The notes beneath the pieces were generated by a model. The model did no database searches and was not told the DNA's origin. It worked only from the letters and a program-made list of their open reading frames with translations. A DNA stretch of 64,000 bases from Chloroflexota bacterium. Its GTDB lineage: Bacteria > Chloroflexota > Dormibacteria > CF-121. The stretch spans positions 1,494 through 65,493 of the forward strand of contig VBID01000116.1 in assembly GCA_005880615.1 (NCBI GenBank). The letters are read 5' to 3'. This document shows positions 47,728 to 55,373 of the stretch, piece after piece (position 1 is the first letter of the stretch; every line of letters starts with the position of its first letter). The position numbers were made by a program, and so were the translations under genes.

Positions 47728-47861
47728 GGGCGCTCCTTCCTCCTGTATAACATCTCTATCACCTTTCCCGCACTGGCGCCGGGGAAAGTATACGGCAGCG
47801 TGGGATGAAATAGCACCCTGGGCGGGGGGTGTTTTGGGCGGGTCGCCGAGACAGTGGTACG

Positions 47862-48125
47862 ATGGCACGATCGCGCGGCGCAGACCGCCAGGAGGCTGAC
47901 AGGGTGGGCTATTTAAGGGGTGTCGTACACGGGGCGTTGCTGGGCGCGTGCCTGGGGTTGCTCTATGCGCCGGCAGCGGGGGTGGTAACCCGCAAGCGGG
48001 TGAGCCACTGGCTCCAGGAGGCCGAGGAGGCTCTGGGCGGAGCCGGCGACGGGGCCGAACGCCGGGCTCCCGCCCGCAGCGGATCAGGGGTAGCCAGCCG
48101 GCCAAAGCGGGCACCGGCGTCATAG
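47862..48125 (+). CDS. YtxH-like protein
   Basis: GALLGACLGLLYAPAAG..TR. Confidence 0.65.
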   Translation: MARSRGADRQEADRVGYLRGVVHGALLGACLGLLYAPAAGVVTRKRVSHWLQEAEEALGGAGDGAERRAPARSGSGVASRPKRAPAS

Positions 48126-48134
48126 GAGGAACCG

Positions 48135-48488
48135 ATGGAGCAGACCGTGGACAAGACTGTGGAGCGTCTGAGCGAGATCCTGGACCGCGCCACCAAGGCG
48201 GCTAGCGACCTGGAGCTGAAGGACCGGCTGGGCGACGCGGTGTCAGCCCTGCGCCGGACCCGGCTGCGGCAACCCGATGAGGATGCGGGGATCGAACGCT
48301 TTGTCACCGGGTTGCTGCTCGGGGTGGGCATCGGTTTTGGCCTGGCCCTCTTGCTGGCCCCCAAGAGCGGCGAGGAGATGCGGGAAGACCTGATGCAGCG
48401 GGGGATCGAGCTCCGGGACCGGGCCAGCGGTCTGGCCGCGCGGGTGCCGTTCGGCGACGGCGGCGAAAAGACCCCCAGCGAGTCCTAG
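48135..48488 (+). CDS. YtxH-domain protein
   Basis: GLLLGVGIGFGLALLLAPKSGEEMREDL. AGGAGG RBS. Confidence 0.82.
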   Translation: MEQTVDKTVERLSEILDRATKAASDLELKDRLGDAVSALRRTRLRQPDEDAGIERFVTGLLLGVGIGFGLALLLAPKSGEEMREDLMQRGIELRDRASGLAARVPFGDGGEKTPSES

Positions 48489-48527
48489 CCCGAATCCCGG
48501 CTTAGCCCGATCCGCGCCTGGTCCGTC

Positions 48528-50780
48528 CTACCCATGGGGCGACGGCGACGGCGATGGTGACACTCCGGGCTGCGGCGGCAGCTTCTGGCACAGCCCGGGC
48601 GGCAGGTCGATCGGGCAGGGGAGCAGGTCTTCGGGGGGCGGGGGCGGTGGCGGAACCGGGTTGATGACGCAGTAGACACCGTCCACGATGGTGTCGCTCC
48701 AGGTGAGGGTCCACTTGTTGAAGGTGGTGAAGGGGCAGCGCGGCCAGTCCTTGTCCAGGCTGGGGTTGGCGCCTGCGGTGCCCGGCAGGAAGTAGTTGTC
48801 GCCCTGGCGGGTAAGCCCGTCTGGGACCGGATACCACTCGTCGGGCACCCCGCCCAGAGCTTCCATCATGTAGCGGTGCCAGATGGGGGCGGCGCCGATG
48901 ATGCCGGTGGAGTTGTGGCTGAGGGGAGCGTTGTTCGGATTGCCGATCCAGACCGCGGTCGCCAGCCGCGGGGTGAAGCCGACCGTCCAGTTGTCCCGAA
49001 AGTCCTGCGTGGTCCCCGTCTTGGCGGCCACCCGCCGGCCCGGGAGTGTGAGGTCGCCGTGGCAGCCGAACGACAGGCAGCGGTTCCGGTCGTCCGACAT
49101 GATCGCCCCGACGATGTAGCTGACCTGCGGGGAGAGGGCGCGGTATTCATTCTTTGATGGGTCGTAGGTGTACTTGACGCGGCCCAGTCCGTCCTGGATC
49201 TTCAAAATGGCGGTCGGCTGGTGGCGAATCCCCAGGGTGGCCAGGGTCGAGGCCCCGGTCGCCATGTCGAGCACGCGCACGCCATAGGAGCCGAGTGTCA
49301 GGCTGATCGAAAAGTGGTTGTCGTCGAACTCCTGACAATCGCTTGGATTCCCTGGGACTGCCCAGCAGCTAATCCCCATGCGGCGGGCGGCGCTCAGCAC
49401 GGTCGGGACGCCTACCTTCATCTCCACCTTGAGGGCCGGGATGTTGAGGGAGTTGCCCATCACCATCTTGACCGGCAGGGTGCCGTGATACGCGCCGTCA
49501 TAGTTCTGGGGGGCGTACTGCTCGTGGCCGGACCCGCCACCGATGGGGAAGACCAGCGCTTCGTCCTTGACCGGCGTCGTCATGTTGACCCGCCCGCTCT
49601 CGATGGCGGCGGTGTAGGTGAACATCTTGAAGCTGGAACCCGGCTGCCGCGGTGCAACCGCCATGTTGATCTGGCCTCCGGGGCGGTTATAGTCATCGCC
49701 GCCCACCATGGCCAGGATCTCGCCGGTCCGCGGATCCATGGAGACCAGCGCGGCATCGTGGAAGTTGTAATAGTTCCCCACCGAGGTGATCTGGTCGCGG
49801 ACGGTCCGTTCGGCAATCTGCTGGAGGTCCATGCGCAGGCTGGTGAAGATCCGGTACCCCTTCCGGTCGCTGGGGGCGATGCCGTAGTCCTTCTGCAGGG
49901 AATGCAGCACGTAGTCGACGAAGTGCGGTGCCAGGAACTTGTTGATGGGCGGGTAGATGGTGAGCTGCTCGGCAAACGCCTTATCGGCCTGGGCCTGGGT
50001 GATGTCGTGTTGCTCGACCATGCCCTGCAAGACCTCACGCTGCCGGATCTTGGCCTGTTGTGGATTGCGCAGGGGATCGTTCCGGGTGGGCGCCTGGGGC
50101 AGGCCGGCCAGCATAGCCGCTTGGGCTAGGGTCAGGTCGTGGGCATTGCTCTGAGGGCCAAAGTAGCTGCGGGCCGCCGACTCCACGCCGTAGCTTTGCT
50201 CGCCGTAGTAGATGGTGTTGAGGTAGAGCTCCAGGATCTGGTTCTTGGTATACCGCTGGTTCAACTCCAGCGCCAGGATGCCTTCGCGCACCTTGCGCTG
50301 CAGCGTAGGCGGGGGGTTGGCTCCGATGAACACTTGCTTAACCAGCTGCTGGCTGATGGTGCTGCCCCCTTGGGTGATCTTGCGATGGGTGAGGTTGGCG
50401 AAGGCGGCCCGGACGATGCCGCCCAGGTCAATGCCACTGTTCTGGAAGAAGGTGCGGTCCTCGCTGGACAGGGTCGCTTTGACCAGCAGGGGTGACATGT
50501 AGCTGAGCGGGACCACGATCCGGTGGTCGCCGGATGCGCCAATATCGGCCAGCAATGCCCCGTTGCGGTCGAAGATCAGGGTGTCCTGATCCAGGCCGCT
50601 GGCGGACAGACCTTGCACGGTGGGCAGCGGCCCCACGGTCTGGGCGGCGACCGCCGGGATCGCCATGCCGGTCAGGATGAAGAGGACCAGGAAGCCCAGC
50701 AGCAGGATGCGCCGCAGATCGGCGCGGCTGCGCCGCCGCCACAGCTGGACATGACGCCGGGTTCGCTGCCTGGACGTCAT
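48528..50780 (-). CDS. class A penicillin-binding protein (transglycosylase-transpeptidase)
   Basis: EDRTFF, GGSTISQQLVK, RKVRE, YLNTIYYG, QPGSSFK (SxxK), SLN (SxN) and KTGT motifs. Confidence 0.95.
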   Translation of the reverse strand: MTSRQRTRRHVQLWRRRSRADLRRILLLGFLVLFILTGMAIPAVAAQTVGPLPTVQGLSASGLDQDTLIFDRNGALLADIGASGDHRIVVPLSYMSPLLVKATLSSEDRTFFQNSGIDLGGIVRAAFANLTHRKITQGGSTISQQLVKQVFIGANPPPTLQRKVREGILALELNQRYTKNQILELYLNTIYYGEQSYGVESAARSYFGPQSNAHDLTLAQAAMLAGLPQAPTRNDPLRNPQQAKIRQREVLQGMVEQHDITQAQADKAFAEQLTIYPPINKFLAPHFVDYVLHSLQKDYGIAPSDRKGYRIFTSLRMDLQQIAERTVRDQITSVGNYYNFHDAALVSMDPRTGEILAMVGGDDYNRPGGQINMAVAPRQPGSSFKMFTYTAAIESGRVNMTTPVKDEALVFPIGGGSGHEQYAPQNYDGAYHGTLPVKMVMGNSLNIPALKVEMKVGVPTVLSAARRMGISCWAVPGNPSDCQEFDDNHFSISLTLGSYGVRVLDMATGASTLATLGIRHQPTAILKIQDGLGRVKYTYDPSKNEYRALSPQVSYIVGAIMSDDRNRCLSFGCHGDLTLPGRRVAAKTGTTQDFRDNWTVGFTPRLATAVWIGNPNNAPLSHNSTGIIGAAPIWHRYMMEALGGVPDEWYPVPDGLTRQGDNYFLPGTAGANPSLDKDWPRCPFTTFNKWTLTWSDTIVDGVYCVINPVPPPPPPPEDLLPCPIDLPPGLCQKLPPQPGVSPSPSPSPHG

Positions 50781-50986
50781 GCGTGCGCGAAGCCAGCGAT
50801 GCCAGCCAGCATGAGCCAAGCCGCCAGCAGGAGAGCGAATGCCCAGACCGATGCGGTGCCGAGCGAGCGCCAGAGGGCCTGCCGGCGCCGGCGGCGCCGC
50901 TGCTCACGGCGGAGCAGCATGGCGGGCGCCGCGGCGGTCACGCTGGCCACCTGCCTCGGATCCATGATCGGCATCCTCAAGGGCAT
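50777..50986 (-). CDS. small membrane protein translationally coupled to the PBP
   Basis: Arg-rich segment plus C-terminal TM. ATGA overlap. Confidence 0.55.
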   Translation of the reverse strand: MPLRMPIMDPRQVASVTAAAPAMLLRREQRRRRRRQALWRSLGTASVWAFALLLAAWLMLAGIAGFAHA

Positions 50987-51235
50987 TCAGTTCTCTCGCG
51001 CAGGCCGTCGCCGGCCCGCGTCCTGTCCAACGACCCAGCGGGTGGGAAGTTACGCGCTCCTTCGACTGTGCGTGTCGTAAGTAGATATACCATTCCTATC
51101 AGTTAAGGTCGGTGTGATTTCTGACGGCGCTCTGGGGCGCCGGGGCTTCGGGAGACCCGCAGCTGGCCGCCTATAATGCCTGCTAGCTCAGCAGAATGCA
51201 ACCCCCAGGGGCTGTATGAATGGAGGGGATTCCCG

Positions 51236-51715
51236 GTGTTTTGTCGGGCCTGCGGCAAGCAGATCGAAGCGGACGCCCGCTTCTGCCGCTTCTGCGGGAA
51301 GTCTCAAGCGGAGGGGCCGGCGGTGGCCTCGGCAGGGCCGGGCGCCAAGGCGGCCACCGGCTCCGGTTCGAAGACCCGGTTGGATGACGTGCTAGGAGGT
51401 ATGGGGTTGGAACGCTGGCTCCGCCGGGTCTTTCCCCGGCACCATCTGCAGGACGAGATCACCCATTTCCTGACCATCGCCGCCATCGTGATCGGGGTGG
51501 TCGGCTTTCTGCTGGCTCTCTTTCCGCCCCTGGGAGCTGGGTTGTACGCGCTGGCCTGGCTGCTGTTCGCCGTCCTCTTGATGCTGTTTGTCATGCACCG
51601 AGATGCCACACTGGCTCATACCCGAACCGACCAGGTCGGGGATGCCTCGACCGGGCGCCATCACGCCGGCCGGGGAGCGGCGCCCGACCGTGGGGATGCC
51701 CAGGTAAAGAAATAG
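51236..51715 (+). CDS. zinc-ribbon domain membrane protein
   Basis: FCRACG...FCRFCG followed by two TM segments. GGAGGGG RBS. Confidence 0.8.
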   Translation: MFCRACGKQIEADARFCRFCGKSQAEGPAVASAGPGAKAATGSGSKTRLDDVLGGMGLERWLRRVFPRHHLQDEITHFLTIAAIVIGVVGFLLALFPPLGAGLYALAWLLFAVLLMLFVMHRDATLAHTRTDQVGDASTGRHHAGRGAAPDRGDAQVKK

Positions 51716-51753
51716 CAGGCCCTGAGCGGGCCGGCTTGTCGAGTTGGGCGGAG

Positions 51754-51944
51754 TTAGGGGGCGGTCGGCTCGGTAGGCTCCTCGGCCGGCTTGGCCGTCG
51801 CCCGGCGGACCCAGTTGCCGGCGCGCGTTCGATCCTGCTCTTGGCCTGCTGGCCTTTGCCTTCCTACTCCATCTTCTGGTTGCCAGTCAGCTTGCCGGCC
51901 AGATCCTTGGCCTCGCCCTGGATCTTGTCTTTGTATCCGCCCAC
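51754..51944 (-). pseudogene. csbD: CsbD-family stress protein pseudogene
   Basis: GAGAGG RBS, GTG, then GGYKDKIQGEAKDLAGKLTGNQKME*EGKGQQAK. In-frame TAG at 51864-51866 plus an apparent later frameshift. Confidence 0.75.
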
Positions 51945-51967
51945 GGATGCACCTCTCAGCAGCAGGT

Positions 51968-51984
51968 TGATAGCCGCGCTATCA
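51968..51984. promoter_or_regulatory. perfect palindrome TGATAGC-CGC-GCTATCA, candidate operator
   Basis: Lies just upstream of csbD. The same TGATA-N7-TATCA core occurs at 52718-52734, with partial copies at five more intergenic sites. Confidence 0.6.
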
Positions 51985-52227
51985 GCTATACCAGTGGCCC
52001 TCGATCGCGAGAGTCTCCTGCTGCAGGTATCCCCGATTCCGCCCAGCAGGTTCGCGTCGCCATGCCCATTTCATAAGTCTTTACAAAACTTCGGTTGAGG
52101 GGAATCCGTGGCGAGGAATATACTGCTAGCCAATTTCCGGCCGGGCGGGCTATCAGACAACCCGCTACGACAGCCGGGCGAAGAAGTGACTAGAGCAGCC
52201 CCCGGGGTAAAAGGAGTCGCGCCCAAC

Positions 52228-52575
52228 ATGGCAACTGCCGTCCAACCAGAGACCCGCCGTGATGTCAGCATCTCCCTGGACAAGCCGATCTACACCATCA
52301 GCGTCGCGTCGGAGATCCTGGAAACGCATCCCCGGACGCTCATGATGTACGAGCACCTCGGCCTGGTGGTACCCAAGCGGACGTCCACCAACCGGCGCCG
52401 CTTCTCCCAGCGGGACGTCATGAAATTGCAGACCATCCAGAAGCTGACCCGGCACCACTCGGTCAACCTGGCCGGCGTGCGCTACATCCTGAAGCTACTC
52501 AAGCTGCTGCACGAGAACCGGATTGCCCCGCCGGTCGAGCTCAAAGACATCGACGTGTCCCGGCTGGAAGTCTAG
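52228..52575 (+). CDS. HspR-like MerR-family regulator 4
   Basis: LDKPIYTISVASEILETHPRTLMMYE...RTSTNRRRFSQRD. AAGGAG RBS. Confidence 0.92.
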   Translation: MATAVQPETRRDVSISLDKPIYTISVASEILETHPRTLMMYEHLGLVVPKRTSTNRRRFSQRDVMKLQTIQKLTRHHSVNLAGVRYILKLLKLLHENRIAPPVELKDIDVSRLEV

Positions 52576-52618
52576 GGCCGGCACTCAGGCGTTGACCGAC
52601 AATATGACTCCGGGGGTG

Positions 52619-52647
52619 TTGACAAGTCTCTCCACCGCCGCTAAACT
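52619..52647 (+). promoter_or_regulatory. sigma-70-type promoter TTGACA-N17-TAAACT
   Basis: Consensus -35, 17-bp spacer, near-consensus -10. Confidence 0.75.
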
Positions 52648-52677
52648 TAACTTTGTTTCAACCTGCCCCCCTCTTCG

Positions 52678-52704
52678 GGCCCTCCTCGCCGGAGGGCCTT
52701 TTTT
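52678..52704 (+). terminator. intrinsic terminator ~30 nt after the promoter
   Basis: GGCCCTCC-TCGCC-GGAGGGCC-TTTTTT. Confidence 0.85.
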
Positions 52705-52730
52705 CTGTACTGCGGGTTGATAGGGGGCAT

Positions 52731-53162
52731 ATCATTAAAAGTCAGCCACAGCCGAAGCGGCGCGGCGGACCTGCGGCCCAGGCCGACGAGGACGTGGTCG
52801 AGGTGCTGCTGGTGGAAGACGACCAATCCGTGCTGGAGATGTACCGGTTGAAGCTGGAACTCGATGGCTACCGGGTGAGCACCGCGACCGACGGGGAGGA
52901 GGGGCTGAGCAAGGCGGAGACGCTGCGACCCGACATCATCTTCCTGGACATCCGGCTCCCCAAGATGGACGGGTTCGAAGTCCTGCGCCGGCTGCGTGGC
53001 CAGGAAGCGACCAAGGAAATACCGGTTATCATCCTTTCGAACTATGGGGAGGACGACCTGGTGGCCCGCGGTTTGCGGCTTGGCGCGCACGAGTACCTGA
53101 TCAAGGCGCGCACCACGCCCAGCAGTCTGTCGGAGGGAATCGACGATTGGCTAAGGGAGTAA
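52731..53162 (+). CDS. single-domain response regulator, upstream of MerR 5 (start uncertain)
   Basis: LVEDD, PDIIFLDIRLPKMDG, ILSNYGE and YLIK motifs. Close paralog of 47338-47727. Confidence 0.88.
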   Translation: MIKSQPQPKRRGGPAAQADEDVVEVLLVEDDQSVLEMYRLKLELDGYRVSTATDGEEGLSKAETLRPDIIFLDIRLPKMDGFEVLRRLRGQEATKEIPVIILSNYGEDDLVARGLRLGAHEYLIKARTTPSSLSEGIDDWLRE

Positions 53163-53497
53163 CCACCCGCCGCGCCCCGGCCGAGGCCAGCCTGTCCCTG
53201 GACAAGCCCATCTACACCATCAGCGTGGCGTCCGAAATCCTGCAAACGCATCCCCGGACGTTGATGATGTACGAGCACCTGGGGCTGGTGATTCCCAAGC
53301 GAACCTCGACCAACCGGCGCCGGTTTTCGCAGCGCGACATCCGCAAGCTGCAGGCCATCCAGACGCTGACCCGGGTGCACGGCGTTAATCTGAACGGCGC
53401 TCGCTACATCCTGCGGCTGCTGCGCATCCTGCAGGACAACGGGCTGACCGGGCCCTCGGAATTGCGCGACCTCGACGTCCGCGAACTCGACGTATAG
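53147..53497 (+). CDS. HspR-like MerR-family regulator 5
   Basis: LDKPIYTISVASEILQTHPRTLMMYE...RTSTNRRRFSQRD. Overlaps the receiver stop. Confidence 0.92.
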   Translation: MAKGVTTRRAPAEASLSLDKPIYTISVASEILQTHPRTLMMYEHLGLVIPKRTSTNRRRFSQRDIRKLQAIQTLTRVHGVNLNGARYILRLLRILQDNGLTGPSELRDLDVRELDV

Positions 53498-53624
53498 CCG
53501 GGATCGGGGCCAGCCCCGAATCGGGCTCAGCCGGAGTTCAGCGTAACGGCCGACTGACGAGGCTGCCACGCGTTGGTGCTCGCAAGGTTTCGGCTGAGAT
53601 GGGCGGCTACCGTAGAGACTACCA

Positions 53625-54113
53625 ATGACCTTTCGGCCAGATAGCCCGCTGAACCGGCTCATCCTGCTCTGGCCCGGCGTCCCGATCGCCGCCTGCGCCC
53701 TGGGATACGTGCTGGCCACCATCGAGATCAGCCGGACCCGCGAATCCTCGTTCGCTGCGCTGGCGATCGCCATGGGGTGCGGCCTGGCGTTAAGCCTGGG
53801 CCTCCTCTTTCATACCTTCTTTATCGCCTGGCTGGAAGTCACGGTGCGACCGGAGGGAATCGGATTCCGGCCCATCGGCTTCGCCTGGCTCGGCCGGCAG
53901 CCAAAGCTCGTGCCCTGGTCGTTGATCCAGGCCACCCGGGAAGTCGTAACCCGGGATGGCGGCCACCTGACCATCGCGGCCACCACCGAGGTGTTCCAGG
54001 TGCCTCGGGCACTCTTCCGCGAGGACACCTACGTGGAGCTGGTGCGGGCGCTCAGTCGAGCGGACCTGACCAGCGGCGACCAGCCCAGCTCATCCATCCG
54101 GGCCGCGGCTTAG
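53625..54113 (+). CDS. membrane protein with a possible bacterial PH-like domain
   Basis: Two TM segments, then V..EGI....VPWS.I pattern. Confidence 0.6.
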   Translation: MTFRPDSPLNRLILLWPGVPIAACALGYVLATIEISRTRESSFAALAIAMGCGLALSLGLLFHTFFIAWLEVTVRPEGIGFRPIGFAWLGRQPKLVPWSLIQATREVVTRDGGHLTIAATTEVFQVPRALFREDTYVELVRALSRADLTSGDQPSSSIRAAA

Positions 54114-54207
54114 CCCTACGGTTCGCTTCCCTGGGTCGAGGCTCCAGCCTCGCGAAATGCCCCCACCCTACCCTCCCCGCAAGGGCAAGGGGGAGGGAGA
54201 TTCAGAC

Positions 54208-54840
54208 TTACGAGCTGGACGGCACCCGGTAGTAGACCCGCGCGGAGTACACGCCGGTCTCATAGGGCCCGTAGCGGCGGGCCAGGGTGGTGCGGTCGCC
54301 GTACCAGGGATCGTTGATCAGGAAGTCCGGTCCGGCCGACCCGGTGAGGACCACGAAGTGCATGTTGCCGTGCAGACGCACCTCCACTATCACCAGGTTG
54401 CCCGCGCCCAGCTCCTGCCGGATTACCGCTGGCGGCGGCCGGTCGCTGCTGTCCTGGTCGTCCCAACGGAGCTGGGGAACGATGCCGGGGATGTGGATCC
54501 ATTTGAGCCGCACGCTGCCGGCTGTCGGGCCCATGGCCGTCCGCCAGAGGATGGCGTCATTTTCGACGTAGCCGCCGTGCTCGGTCAGCCACTGGTTCAG
54601 CAGATGGGGATTGGTCTGGTAGCCGAAGGCGGCCTGAACCATGGTCACGGCGGTCAGCGCGCAACCCGAGGAGCCGATCGTATCGATGGGATCCGTGCCG
54701 AGGGGCTCGTGCGCCCACACCGGCGAGCGCTGGGTGAACACGGGGACGGCGCTGGTCCCAGCCAGCGCGGGCACCGATCCGCCGGCCCCCGCCGCCACCG
54801 CCAGCAGGCTGCACGCGGCTCGCACCAACGCCCTCCTCAC
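54208..54840 (-). CDS. secreted C39-like cysteine peptidase
   Basis: Signal peptide, FTQ..P.W...IGSSGCALTAVTM, HFVVL and INDPW motifs. Confidence 0.82.
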   Translation of the reverse strand: MRRALVRAACSLLAVAAGAGGSVPALAGTSAVPVFTQRSPVWAHEPLGTDPIDTIGSSGCALTAVTMVQAAFGYQTNPHLLNQWLTEHGGYVENDAILWRTAMGPTAGSVRLKWIHIPGIVPQLRWDDQDSSDRPPPAVIRQELGAGNLVIVEVRLHGNMHFVVLTGSAGPDFLINDPWYGDRTTLARRYGPYETGVYSARVYYRVPSSS

Positions 54841-54940
54841 GGCGCCATCGTACGGAGTGCGGGGGCCGAAGTCCAGCGGTGCCGCTGGGCGCTTTGGTCC
54901 GTTACGAGATCGTCACCGTCCGGCTGGGCCGGTTCCCCGG

Positions 54941-55264
54941 TTAGCGGGTCAGCAGGCTCTTGAGGTCGCCGGCATGGCCGGCCAGGGCCAGCCGGACATC
55001 GAGGACGTCATCGACGCCGATGGCCGGGTCGTCGGAGAGGGGTTGATCGAGGACGGGTACGGACTCCCCCACCCAGGCCGCCGCCTGGACCACCACCAGC
55101 CGACTGGCCTCGCATTGGCCACAAGTGATGCGGACCACGGACTCGTGGTCGGTGGACGAGACCAGGTCAAGCTCACAGTCGGCCAGGCTCTGGCCGCAGC
55201 TCGGACACTGATACCGGGCGGCCTGGCGGCGCAGGACTTCCAGAAGATCCACGGCTTGATTCAT
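54941..55264 (-). CDS. Zn-finger hypothetical protein
   Basis: CPSC...CGQC, C-terminal IGVDDVLDV. Confidence 0.7.
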   Translation of the reverse strand: MNQAVDLLEVLRRQAARYQCPSCGQSLADCELDLVSSTDHESVVRITCGQCEASRLVVVQAAAWVGESVPVLDQPLSDDPAIGVDDVLDVRLALAGHAGDLKSLLTR

Positions 55265-55373
55265 ACCCCGATCGCGCGGACCCCAAAACGGCCACCTGAT
55301 AGCAGGCTGCGCAGCTTATGGGGGCACGCCGGCGGCTTGTTGCCACCGGCAAAGGTCGCGATACTCGGCCGGG

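Noticed and set aside
51864-51866. Pyrrolysine or programmed readthrough of the csbD TAG
   Set aside because: A second lesion (apparent frameshift) follows and no pyl genes are visible, so decay is the simpler explanation.
41352-53497. Calling the MerR genes hspR with a HAIR regulon
   Set aside because: There are no dnaK, grpE, dnaJ or clpB neighbours, the recognition-helix residues differ, and no CTTGAGT-N7-ACTCAAG was noticed by eye.
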